NCBI GenBank assembly: GCA_042570305.1 | Contig: JBHPGP010000005.1 | Span: 1-61,177, forward strand | Length of the DNA: 61,177 nucleotides | Direction of reading: 5' to 3' | Source of the DNA: Candidatus Omnitrophota bacterium | GTDB taxonomy: Bacteria > Omnitrophota > Gorgyraeia > Gygaellales > JAHJCI01 | In this document: positions 1 to 8,470 of the stretch, piece by piece | How positions within the stretch are numbered: position 1 is the first letter of the stretch | Layout of the letters: every line of letters begins with the position of its first letter | Position numbers and translations under genes: made by a program | Notes under the pieces: model-generated | The model's input: only the letters and a program-made list of their open reading frames with translations | Told to the model about the DNA's origin: nothing | Databases searched by the model: none

Positions 1-2
1 CG

Positions 3-164
3 CGGGTTTATATTTGCGGAGAGGATCTAGTCAGATTAGGCATCAGGCCCGGTCCGCGCTACAGGAAAATTCTGAACCGAATGTTTTGCCTGCAGCTGGA
101 CGGGGAGATTGATTCAAGGCAGGCTGCTTTAGAACGGATGAGAAAATGGTTGTTGCGCTCCTGA
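3..164 (+). CDS. 3' end of an upstream gene (truncated by the window edge); the tail resembles tRNA nucleotidyltransferase/poly(A) polymerase family proteins
   Basis: Frame 3 is open from the window edge to TGA at 162-164 (RVYICGEDLVRLGIRPGPRYRKILNRMFCLQLDGEIDSRQAALERMRKWLLRS*). The G-x-DL..LG..PGP....IL pattern is what I recall from C-termini of CCA-adding/PcnB-type enzymes. Too short for a firm call. Confidence 0.4.
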   Translation, partial: RVYICGEDLVRLGIRPGPRYRKILNRMFCLQLDGEIDSRQAALERMRKWLLRS

Positions 165-427
165 GGCTGGTTCTCTTTATCGGCAATGCCAATTCGCTGA
201 AAACCAAGCGCATGGTTTTGCTTAGCTTAAAGACGCGCCTGCGCAATAAATTCAATATAGCGGTAAGCGAGGTGGGGGATGTAGATAAGTGGCAGAAATC
301 CACTCTGGCTATCGTAAGCGTGCATAAGGATAAGCGGCAGATAGACAGGCAATTCAGCTACATAATTAATTTTATTGAAAATTTTCATCAGGCGAGTATA
401 GTAGATTATGCATTGGAGATGATTTAG
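146..427 (+). CDS. DUF503 (YlxP-like) family protein
   Basis: 93-aa ORF. The pattern 'LRLVLFIGNANSLKTKRMVLLSLKTRLRNKFNIAVSEVGDVDKWQKSTLAIVSV' matches the conserved DUF503 pattern. It lies immediately 5' of rbfA (stop TAG 425-427 abuts ATG 428), the usual DUF503 context. Confidence 0.75.
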   Translation: MVVALLRLVLFIGNANSLKTKRMVLLSLKTRLRNKFNIAVSEVGDVDKWQKSTLAIVSVHKDKRQIDRQFSYIINFIENFHQASIVDYALEMI

Positions 428-781
428 ATGGGATTAAGGCATGAAAGAGTAATTGCCGCACTTAAGAAAGAGATAAGCAATATCATCCAGTATGAGCTTA
501 AGGATAAAAGGCTCGGCTTTGTTACGATTATGCGGGTTGAGCTTACGCCGGATTTAAGGTACGCCAAGATTTACTTCAGCGTTCTCGGAGAGGCGGCCCA
601 GCAGAAAGCGACAAAGAAGGCGCTGGAAAGTGCCACGCCGTTTATCCGTTGCCTGATTGCGCAGAGGCTTAAATTAAGGTTTGTGCCGGAGATCAGTTTC
701 AGGCTCGACCGCTCCGTGGAATACAGCATTAGAATCCAGGAGGAGCTGGAGAAGATAAAGTCAGAGAAAGGAAGCCCTTGA
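428..781 (+). CDS. rbfA: ribosome-binding factor A
   Basis: 117 aa. Contains 'RHERVIAALKKEISNIIQYELKDKRLGFVTIMRVELTPDLRYAKIYFSVLG', typical of RbfA. Sits in the rbfA-truB neighbourhood. Confidence 0.9.
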   Translation: MGLRHERVIAALKKEISNIIQYELKDKRLGFVTIMRVELTPDLRYAKIYFSVLGEAAQQKATKKALESATPFIRCLIAQRLKLRFVPEISFRLDRSVEYSIRIQEELEKIKSEKGSP

Positions 782-783
782 TT

Positions 784-1749
784 ATGAGTATGGAGAAAGT
801 CATTAATTGCATAAGCAGGCATAAGGTTTTTGTCGTCACCACACACCAGAACCTGGAAGGGGACGCCCTGGGTTCCCAGATTGGTTTCTATAATCTTCTC
901 AGGAGACTGGGCAAAAAAGCACTTATGGTAAATCAGGACCCTACGCCTCGCGAGTATTCTTTTATCAGTGATTCGCGATTGATAATACCCTACCGCCATA
1001 AGATGAAATTAAAATTCGATTGCCTGGCGATGCTTGACTGTTCCGATAAATACCGCTCTGGCTCTGTCGCTGATTTGATTAAACCTGACATAACGGTACT
1101 CAATATTGACCACCATATTTCTAACGACAGGTTCGGTGATATTAATTGGGTCGTGCCGGATGCCTCTTCTGCTTCGGAAATGGTTTACCGGCTTTATAAA
1201 AAGATGCGCGTTAGAATAGATATCAGAGCGGCCCTTGCCTTGTACGTGGGAATTTTGACCGACACCGGCTCCTTTCGTTATGTGAATACCAGCTCTTTTA
1301 CTCACCAGGCAGCGGCCGAGCTTTTAAAATTTAATTTAAATGTCCGTAAAATTTACCGTAGTATTTATGAATCTATGCGTTTCTCTGATATGTCGCTTCT
1401 GCCCCGTCTTTTAATTACCATGGGCAGGCAGGCTTCGGGAAAGATTATTATCTTTAAGATAACGCAGCGCCTGCTCAAAGGGAAGCTGCTTGGTTCTGAT
1501 TTAACCGAAAATATTCTGAATTTCGGACGTTCAATCGCTGGCAGCGAGGTTTGCGTTTTATTCAAGGAGCAGCCGGGTAATGCTGGGCAGGTCCGCGTAA
1601 ACCTGAGGTCGCAAGGGGAGGTTGACGTTAATCGCATTGCCCAATTCTTCGGAGGGGGAGGCCATAAGACAGCTTCCGGTTGTACCATATCAGGAAGCCT
1701 GCAGGCAGTTAAACAGAAAGTAATCAGAAAGATAAAAGAGCAATTATAG
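784..1749 (+). CDS. nrnA: DHH/DHHA1 phosphoesterase (NrnA-type oligoribonuclease/pAp phosphatase)
   Basis: DHH motif 'LNIDHHISN' and DHHA1 motif 'FGGGGHKTASG'. The ORF track starts at TTG 778; I prefer the first ATG, at 784. The start is uncertain within 778-790. Confidence 0.85.
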   Translation: MSMEKVINCISRHKVFVVTTHQNLEGDALGSQIGFYNLLRRLGKKALMVNQDPTPREYSFISDSRLIIPYRHKMKLKFDCLAMLDCSDKYRSGSVADLIKPDITVLNIDHHISNDRFGDINWVVPDASSASEMVYRLYKKMRVRIDIRAALALYVGILTDTGSFRYVNTSSFTHQAAAELLKFNLNVRKIYRSIYESMRFSDMSLLPRLLITMGRQASGKIIIFKITQRLLKGKLLGSDLTENILNFGRSIAGSEVCVLFKEQPGNAGQVRVNLRSQGEVDVNRIAQFFGGGGHKTASGCTISGSLQAVKQKVIRKIKEQL

Positions 1750-1779
1750 CAGTGCTGTACGACTGCGCGCATTATTAGT

Positions 1780-2448
1780 ATGGTGAAAGAAGGAATCCTA
1801 GTGGTGAATAAGCCGGGGGGCATGACATCGCACGATGTCGTGGATTTTGTGCGCAGGAGGCTGAAGACCCGACGCGTAGGCCATGCAGGAACGCTGGACC
1901 CTATAGCTACGGGCGTCTTGTTGGTTTTGGTAGGCAGGTGCACAAAATTATTCAATCATTTTCTTAGTCTCGACAAGGAATACATAGCTACCCTTACCCT
2001 GGGTGCGCGCACCACCAGCGGCGACAGGGAGGGGAAAATCCTCCAGACAAAGGATTACAGTGAGGTTACCGAAGAAAAAGTCAGGGCGGTTTTCCAATCC
2101 CGCATAGGAGAGGGTTTGCAGGTTCCGCCGATGGTTTCGGCGCTCAAGCATAAAGGTAAGAGGTTATATTCATTGGCCCGCCGCGGCATTGAGGTTAACC
2201 GTAAGCCGCGCCAGATAACAATTCGAAAACTGAAATTACTGGAGTTTAAACCTCCGTGTATAAAGTTTTACCTTCAATGTTCCAAAGGCACCTATGTGCG
2301 GCAGTTAGCTGAGGATATTGCACGGGATTTAAACTGTGTAGGGCATATTTCCGAGATACAGAGAGAGAGTATAGGTCCGTTTAATATTGCCGGTGCCCTT
2401 CCCCTTTCAAAAGTAGATGAAAGTTTTTTACGGCCTTACCCGTTTTAA
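1780..2448 (+). CDS. truB: tRNA pseudouridine(55) synthase
   Basis: Contains 'GILVVNKPGGMTSHDVV' and the catalytic 'GHAGTLDPIATGVLLV' motif. Confidence 0.95.
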   Translation: MVKEGILVVNKPGGMTSHDVVDFVRRRLKTRRVGHAGTLDPIATGVLLVLVGRCTKLFNHFLSLDKEYIATLTLGARTTSGDREGKILQTKDYSEVTEEKVRAVFQSRIGEGLQVPPMVSALKHKGKRLYSLARRGIEVNRKPRQITIRKLKLLEFKPPCIKFYLQCSKGTYVRQLAEDIARDLNCVGHISEIQRESIGPFNIAGALPLSKVDESFLRPYPF

Positions 2449-3343
2449 AAAGAGCAAGATTAAGCCTGTGGTTGCAATGGGGGTTTTCGACGGTCTACAC
2501 CGCGGCCACCAGAAAATAATCAAGGCTTTAACCAAAGCCGCGCAAAGGCGTAAGGCACCCAGTCTGGTAGTTACATTTTCCCCCCACCCGCAAAAAGAGA
2601 GCAGCCTGTATTCATTATCCCATCGTTTAAAGTTGCTGCAAGAGGCAGGCGTGGATTTATGCCTGGTTATCGCTTTTAGTTCTGCTTTCCGCAGAATCAA
2701 TGCAGAACAGTTTCTGGAAGAGATTTTGCTCAAGCGGATAAATCCGGCAATGGTCTTAGTCGGAAGGAACTTCACTTTTGGCAGGCATGCCAGGGGTAAC
2801 TGGAAGATGTTAAGGGATTATTCCAGGAAGGCGAAGTTTCAGTTAAGGGCGCAGGGCGTCTTGAGCCGTAACGGAGTGCCGATAAGCAGCAGCCATATCC
2901 GCGAGTTGATTAGAAAGGGCCAGTTCTCCTTGGCAGAGCAATTATTGGGCAGGCCGGTGAGCATCTTCGGCAGAGTAACCGCCGGACGTGCCCAAGGCAG
3001 GGCCCTGGGATATCCCACCGCCAACATCAATCCAGACCACGAGACTCTTCCGCCCTTTGGAGTGTATACAGTAAGGGTAAGGATGGGTCAAAGGGTTTTC
3101 GGGGGAGCCTGCTATATCGGGAACAGGCCTACCTTTGCGCAGATTAACAAAGCCAAACGTAGAAAAGAACATTTATCTGTGGAGGTGCACATTTTTGATT
3201 TTGATGATAATCTTTACGGGCGCAGGATACAGATAGAGTTCGTCAAGAGGCTGCGTGCAGGGAAAAAGTTCAGTTCGGTCCAGGCATTAACCCGCCAGAT
3301 GAAAATTGATATCCTCAATTGCCACAAAACCTTGCGTTTATAA
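2417..3343 (+). CDS. ribF: bifunctional riboflavin kinase/FAD synthetase
   Basis: Contains 'VVAMGVFDGLHRGHQKII' (nucleotidyltransferase), then 'GYPTANI' and a C-terminal riboflavin kinase region. Overlaps truB by 32 nt. Confidence 0.95.
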   Translation: MKVFYGLTRFKKSKIKPVVAMGVFDGLHRGHQKIIKALTKAAQRRKAPSLVVTFSPHPQKESSLYSLSHRLKLLQEAGVDLCLVIAFSSAFRRINAEQFLEEILLKRINPAMVLVGRNFTFGRHARGNWKMLRDYSRKAKFQLRAQGVLSRNGVPISSSHIRELIRKGQFSLAEQLLGRPVSIFGRVTAGRAQGRALGYPTANINPDHETLPPFGVYTVRVRMGQRVFGGACYIGNRPTFAQINKAKRRKEHLSVEVHIFDFDDNLYGRRIQIEFVKRLRAGKKFSSVQALTRQMKIDILNCHKTLRL

Positions 3344-3394
3344 TCAAAGCACACCCCAATAAGTTGTATCCCTAAAAAATAGATAAATTTATTC

Positions 3395-3423
3395 TTGACA
3401 AAAAAAAGAAATCTATTTATACT
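3395..3423 (+). promoter_or_regulatory. sigma-70-type promoter of the dcw cluster (Pmra)
   Basis: TTGACA (3395-3400), a 17-nt spacer, then TATACT (3418-3423). It lies in the only sizeable gap (118 nt) upstream of mraZ. Confidence 0.6.
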
Positions 3424-3433
3424 TGTCTATAAA

Positions 3434-3458
3434 GTGGGTTAAAGTGGAGTAAAGTGGA
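3434..3458 (+). promoter_or_regulatory. MraZ operator: three direct GTGG[GA] repeats at 10-nt phasing
   Basis: The sequence 'AAAGTGGGTT AAAGTGGAGT AAAGTGGATT' has GTGGG at 3434-3438, GTGGA at 3444-3448 and GTGGA at 3454-3458. Each repeat is separated by a 5-nt spacer. The array lies between the -10 box and the mraZ ATG (3462). Confidence 0.65.
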
Positions 3459-3461
3459 TTA

Positions 3462-3899
3462 ATGTTTTACGGAGAATATTACCATACTATAGATCGCAAG
3501 GGCAGGCTTATCCTTCCAGCCAAGTTCCGCGAATCAGCCAAGAATAATTTTGTGGATAAGTTTTTTATTACCCGCGGCTTGGACGGTTGTCTCTTTATGT
3601 TCTCTGAAGAGGAGTGGAGCAACCAGGAACAGAAGTTTAAGAATCTTCCCATAACCAAGCAGCAGTCGCGTACCTTCAACCGTCTTTATTTCTCGGGAGC
3701 GGTTGAGATAATCAGCGATAAGCAGGGCAGGATACTTGTCCCCCAGTTCTTAAAAGATTTTGCCGGGATAAAAAGGGATGTGATGATTGTCGGCGTATCC
3801 AACCGCATTGAAATATGGTCTAAAGAAAGATGGCAGGAGTTCTATGGAAACAGCCAGCCGGTTTTTGAACAGATTGCCGAACAGCTTATGGATATTTAA
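3462..3899 (+). CDS. mraZ: transcriptional regulator MraZ
   Basis: Contains 'MFYGEYYHTIDRKGRLILPAKFR' and a second 'DKQGRILVPQFL' SpoVT/AbrB-like repeat. First gene of the dcw cluster. Confidence 0.95.
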   Translation: MFYGEYYHTIDRKGRLILPAKFRESAKNNFVDKFFITRGLDGCLFMFSEEEWSNQEQKFKNLPITKQQSRTFNRLYFSGAVEIISDKQGRILVPQFLKDFAGIKRDVMIVGVSNRIEIWSKERWQEFYGNSQPVFEQIAEQLMDI

Positions 3900-3903
3900 T
3901 GTT

Positions 3904-4800
3904 ATGCCGAAAAGCGAATTACATAAACCAGTTATGTGTAATGAAATTTTAGAACATTTAAAATTGACTCGCGGGATGACGGTTGTAGATGCTACTATAG
4001 GATGCGCAGGGCACAGCATCAAGATATTAGAGCGGATTTTGCCCGGAGGAAGACTTATCGGGATAGACCGCGACCGTGATTCACTGAATATAGCCAAAGA
4101 AAGGCTCAGCGGTTTCAAAGAGGCAGTCAATCTGGTGCACGGTAATTTTCGCGACATGGAAAAGATTTTGTCAATGGCCGGAGCAGACAAAGCGGACGCG
4201 GTAATCTTCGACCTGGGCGTATCCTCCGTGCAATTATCGGATCCCGAACGGGGGTTTAGCTTCCAGTTAGACGGCCCCCTGGATATGCGTATGGACAGGG
4301 ATAGCTTCATCCAGGCTTACGATTTAATCAATAACCTTAACGAAGAGGAAATTTCATCTCTGCTTTGGTCATTCGGGCAGGAGAGATTTCACAACCGTAT
4401 TGCACATTTGCTGGTAAGGGAAAGGCAAAGGGCGCCGATTAAAAGCACCTCCCAGGTTACTGATATAATCATGAAGGCAGTCCCGCATCACTACAGGTAT
4501 ACGCACATTCATCCTGCTACGCGCACCTTTCAGGCTATCAGGATTGCGGTTAACAGGGAGCTGGAGGCCTTGGAGGAGGGAGTCAGAAAAGGGGTGGATT
4601 CACTTAAGGCAGGAGGGACTATTGCCGTAATCTCTTTCCATTCCCTGGAAGACAGGATTGTGAAGATAAATTTTCGCTCTGCCCGCTCTGAGGGCAGGCT
4701 GAAGATTATCACGCCCAAGCCCCTGCGCCCTTCGCAGGAGGAGCGTGCCGCTAACCCTTCTTCGCGCAGCGCTAAATTGAGAATTGCCGAAAGGCTGTAA
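3904..4800 (+). CDS. rsmH: 16S rRNA (cytosine1402-N4)-methyltransferase
   Basis: Contains 'HKPVMCNEILEHL', 'DATIGCAGHS', 'DLGVSSVQL' and 'SFHSLEDRIVK'. I start it at ATG 3904. The track ORF start (3787) would overlap mraZ in another frame. Confidence 0.95.
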   Translation: MPKSELHKPVMCNEILEHLKLTRGMTVVDATIGCAGHSIKILERILPGGRLIGIDRDRDSLNIAKERLSGFKEAVNLVHGNFRDMEKILSMAGADKADAVIFDLGVSSVQLSDPERGFSFQLDGPLDMRMDRDSFIQAYDLINNLNEEEISSLLWSFGQERFHNRIAHLLVRERQRAPIKSTSQVTDIIMKAVPHHYRYTHIHPATRTFQAIRIAVNRELEALEEGVRKGVDSLKAGGTIAVISFHSLEDRIVKINFRSARSEGRLKIITPKPLRPSQEERAANPSSRSAKLRIAERL

Positions 4801-4803
4801 ACC

Positions 4804-5175
4804 ATGAGCCTGACAAAATTTTTCAGCATAATTTTAGCGGTTACTCTACTCGCCCTGGTTTATGTCTACCAGGAAAGCAAGATTATCCATCTTGCTTACC
4901 AGGAGCAAGAGAGTCTGGCGCTGTTGGAAACCCTGCAGGATAAAAATAATCGCCTCGGTTATAACCTGGACCGTCAGATGTCCCTGGTTTCTATGCAAGA
5001 GTTTTGGCAGGATGGAGATTTTGAATGGCCGGGCAGGGAGAATCTGGTGAGTTTCTCATCCGTACGGCAATCCCCCAGCGATAAACAACAGGCAGAAGCG
5101 ACAGAACGCAGCTTATTAACTAATCTTTTCGGATTAAAATCACAGGCTGAGGCCACGCAAGTCAAGCCGCGGTAG
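4804..5175 (+). CDS. ftsL: cell division protein FtsL-like (small bitopic membrane protein)
   Basis: 123 aa with one N-terminal TM segment (FFSIILAVTLLALVYVY) followed by a short coiled region. The call rests on position between rsmH and ftsI, not on sequence conservation. Confidence 0.6.
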   Translation: MSLTKFFSIILAVTLLALVYVYQESKIIHLAYQEQESLALLETLQDKNNRLGYNLDRQMSLVSMQEFWQDGDFEWPGRENLVSFSSVRQSPSDKQQAEATERSLLTNLFGLKSQAEATQVKPR

Positions 5176-5181
5176 GAAATC

Positions 5182-6903
5182 GTGCAAATACATATCTATA
5201 TCCGCCGGCGCAGGAAAGTTTTTTTTATACTTTTTATAGCCTTTTTAATTAGTCTCACCCAGCTTTTCTTTATCCAATGTTTTCGCAATAAGTACCTTGT
5301 ACAGCTTGCCCGTAAGCAGCAGAATCTCTTCATTCGCCTGGAGCCAAAGCGCGGCACTATCTTTGACCGTAATTTAAGGCCTCTGGCAATAAACTTGCCT
5401 TCAGAATCGCTTTATGCGGTTCCCTGGGAGGTCCAAGACAAAGAGCGGACAATCAATTCCCTGCTTGGCATTCTCAATGCAGAAAAATCTTATCTGGAAA
5501 CAAGGCTTAATTCTCACAAGGGCTTTGTCTGGCTGGCAAGAAAGCTGCCTGAGCAGGCTGTCGATGCGATTAAGGACCTTCGCCTTCCCGGGCTGTATTT
5601 TATCAAGGAGAGCAAAAGGAGTTACCCCAATCTTCATATTGCCAGCCACCTGATAGGGTTTGCGGGGTTGGATAATAAGGGATTGGAGGGTGTTGAGCTG
5701 TTTTATGACAAGCATCTTGCCGGAACCAGCGGCTGGGGCGTGATGTTGCGTGATGCACGCCAGGAGAGGTTGGGGCTATGGGAAAAGCTGGTCTTACCCA
5801 GCAACGGTTATAACCTGGTTTTGACCATTGACGAAGTAATCCAGTTTATCGTTGAAAATGAGCTCGACCGGATAGTCAAGGAGTTTCATCCTCACGGGGG
5901 AAGCATTATCGTAATGAATCCCCAAACCGCAGAGATACTCGCTTTAGCCAATCGGCCGACCTTTGATTTAAATAAGACGTCTCAGACTGCTGTTGAGGTA
6001 AGGCGTAACCGTGCGATAGCTGATTTATTCGAGCCGGGTTCTGTATTCAAGATTATCACCGCTTCAGCTGCCTTAGAGGAAGGGGGTGCGGATGAGCAGG
6101 ATAGATTGTTCTGCGAGAACGGCGCATACCGGGTATCCAGCCATACCCTTCATGACCACCGGCCGCACGGCTGGTTAACCTTCAGGGAGGTAATTGAGAA
6201 ATCCAGCAATATCGGCACAACCAAGATTGCCCAGGGAATCGGCCAAGATTTGTTGTACAAGTATATCAAAAGATTTGGCTTCGGAGAAAGATTGAACATA
6301 GATTTATACGGAGAGATACCCGGCATGATTAAGCCTCCGGGATCCTGGTCAGCCCTATCAATCGGCGCAATCCCGATCGGCCAGGAGATTGGGGTTACGG
6401 TTTTGCAGTTAGCCAGCGCCATATCGGTAATCGCTAATCAGGGCAGGCTAATGCAGCCTTATGTAGTAAAGGAAATCAGGGATGAATACGGCTCGACGAT
6501 TCAAGAGTTTTCTCCTCAACTTTTATCCTGGGTTATTTCTCCTCATACCGCTTTTAGGATTACCGAAATACTTACTGGCGTGGTCGAGAGCGGAACCGGA
6601 AAATTAGCGCAGATTAAGGGCTTGCGCCTGGCAGGCAAGACAGGAACAGCACAGAAGCTTGAACCCAACGGCCGTTATTCGCATAGTAAGTTTATCGCTT
6701 CCTTTATCGGTTTTGCCCCTGCGGATAATCCAAAAATCGCCGTAGTTATAAGCATAGACGAACCGCGTCCGGTTTATTTCGGCGGGGTGGTTTGTGCTCC
6801 GGCTTTTAAGAATATTTGCGCCAATGCATTAAAATACCTGGAGACGCAGGAATTACCGGAAGTCCCAAAGCAAGCCGAGACTTACGCAGCAGAGCGTCCG
6901 TAA
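5182..6903 (+). CDS. ftsI: peptidoglycan D,D-transpeptidase FtsI (class B PBP)
   Basis: GTG start and an N-terminal TM segment. Transpeptidase motifs are 'SVFK' (SxxK), 'SSN' and 'KTGTA'. Canonical dcw position. Confidence 0.9.
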   Translation: MQIHIYIRRRRKVFFILFIAFLISLTQLFFIQCFRNKYLVQLARKQQNLFIRLEPKRGTIFDRNLRPLAINLPSESLYAVPWEVQDKERTINSLLGILNAEKSYLETRLNSHKGFVWLARKLPEQAVDAIKDLRLPGLYFIKESKRSYPNLHIASHLIGFAGLDNKGLEGVELFYDKHLAGTSGWGVMLRDARQERLGLWEKLVLPSNGYNLVLTIDEVIQFIVENELDRIVKEFHPHGGSIIVMNPQTAEILALANRPTFDLNKTSQTAVEVRRNRAIADLFEPGSVFKIITASAALEEGGADEQDRLFCENGAYRVSSHTLHDHRPHGWLTFREVIEKSSNIGTTKIAQGIGQDLLYKYIKRFGFGERLNIDLYGEIPGMIKPPGSWSALSIGAIPIGQEIGVTVLQLASAISVIANQGRLMQPYVVKEIRDEYGSTIQEFSPQLLSWVISPHTAFRITEILTGVVESGTGKLAQIKGLRLAGKTGTAQKLEPNGRYSHSKFIASFIGFAPADNPKIAVVISIDEPRPVYFGGVVCAPAFKNICANALKYLETQELPEVPKQAETYAAERP

Positions 6904-6976
6904 GCCTCTTGGTTAATTCACAGATAAATTAACGCCGCTTTTTTAAAGCTCTCCGTAAACCGTACATTGATTAAAG

Positions 6977-8470
6977 ATGCTGTTAAAAGAACTGATTAAA
7001 TCCGCAGGGCTTTGTTTTCCTGATAACGCAGGAAATTTCCAGGTTAAGGGAATTACTTCTGATTCCAGAAGGGTTCGGCCCGGCTTTGTCTTTGTGGCGG
7101 TTTGCGGCAGTTCTTTTGACGGGCATAAATTTATTCCAGAGGCAATTAGAAAAGGGGCAAAGGTCATTATCTGTGAAATCCCAAGTCAGCGTCCGGCAGT
7201 GCAAAGAAAAATTACCTATATCAAGACTGGCGACACGCGCCGGGCGCTGGCTGAATTATTAAACCATTTCCACGGACAGCCTTCGCTTAATTTGAAGGTA
7301 GTCGGCATTACCGGAACAAACGGCAAGACCACGGTTTCCTACCTGATTGAGGCTATATTAAAATATGCCCATTTTAATCCGGCGGTAATCGGGACAATCA
7401 ATTACCGGTTTAAACAAAGGGTGTTGAAGGCAGATAATACTACCCCTGCGGCTGAGCTCTTGCAGCCCTTACTCGCCAGGATGCGCAAGGCAAAGGTTGA
7501 TTACGTGATAACCGAGGTATCCTCGCATGCCCTTGACCAGCAAAGGGTCGAATCAGTAAAATTTTCTTCCGCAATATTTACCAATCTAACCCAGGATCAC
7601 CTAGATTATCATCGTGATTTAAATTCGTATTTTTTCGCCAAAAGCAGATTATTCCGCGGCCTGGAAAAGAACAGTTTTGCGGTTGTGAATCTGGATGATG
7701 CCCGGGCCGGGGATTTGATTAAGTCAACCAGGGCCAGAGTAGTTACTTACGGAATTCTCAACAAACGCGCAGATGTCTCCTGCCGGCATGCGTGTTTCAA
7801 CCTAAAGGGAACGGAATTTTCGCTGCGGCTTTCCAACAGGATAAAAAAGAATTTTCCTCTCAAGCAGGCCCAGGTCAAGATTGCTACCCGACTGATTGGA
7901 AGGCACAACCTTTATAATATTCTGGCAGCAGCTGCCTTTTCGCTAGTTCAGGGAATCGGCCCGCAGATTATCGCAAAGGCGGTTGGAGAATTCAGAGGTG
8001 TGCCCGGAAGATTAGAGAAAGTCACCACAAAAAAGGGCTTCACTGTCTTTATTGATTATGCCCACACCGAGGATGCTTTAATTAACGTAATCAGCAGCCT
8101 GCGGCCTTTATGTAAAGGTCGCCTCTTGGTAGTCTTTGGCTGCGGAGGAAGTCGCGATAAAACCAAAAGGCCCAAAATGGGCAGGGCTGTTACCAGTCTA
8201 GCCGACCTGGCGATTATTACCAGCGACAACCCGCGTAATGAAGACCCTAAGGAAATCATCAAGGATATCATCGCGGGAATAGAAGGAAAAAATTACAGGG
8301 CAGTCCCCAAGCGACGAGAAGCGATAAAAGAAGCCTTATCACTGGCAGGCAATAATGATATAATATTGATTGCCGGTAAAGGGCATGAGCATTACCAGGT
8401 TTTCAAAGACAGGGTAGTTCATTTTGATGACCGGGAAGCGGTGCGAGAATGTTTGGGATTGAAGAAATAA
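6977..8470 (+). CDS. murE: UDP-N-acetylmuramoyl-L-alanyl-D-glutamate--2,6-diaminopimelate ligase
   Basis: Mur ligase P-loop 'GITGTNGKTT'. The 'DNPR' motif (ITSDNPRNEDP) is typical of meso-DAP-adding MurE. Canonical dcw order. Confidence 0.93.
   Translation: MLLKELIKSAGLCFPDNAGNFQVKGITSDSRRVRPGFVFVAVCGSSFDGHKFIPEAIRKGAKVIICEIPSQRPAVQRKITYIKTGDTRRALAELLNHFHGQPSLNLKVVGITGTNGKTTVSYLIEAILKYAHFNPAVIGTINYRFKQRVLKADNTTPAAELLQPLLARMRKAKVDYVITEVSSHALDQQRVESVKFSSAIFTNLTQDHLDYHRDLNSYFFAKSRLFRGLEKNSFAVVNLDDARAGDLIKSTRARVVTYGILNKRADVSCRHACFNLKGTEFSLRLSNRIKKNFPLKQAQVKIATRLIGRHNLYNILAAAAFSLVQGIGPQIIAKAVGEFRGVPGRLEKVTTKKGFTVFIDYAHTEDALINVISSLRPLCKGRLLVVFGCGGSRDKTKRPKMGRAVTSLADLAIITSDNPRNEDPKEIIKDIIAGIEGKNYRAVPKRREAIKEALSLAGNNDIILIAGKGHEHYQVFKDRVVHFDDREAVRECLGLKK

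Noticed and set aside
6904-6976. The shared string GCCGCTTTTTTA after ftsI (about 6935-6946) and after ftsA (19619-19630), as a possible terminator motif or repeat.
   Set aside because: The preceding stems are weak: a 7-bp all-AT stem and a 4-bp GGCG/CGCC stem. The shared string is only about 12 nt, which is too little to call terminators or a repeat family.
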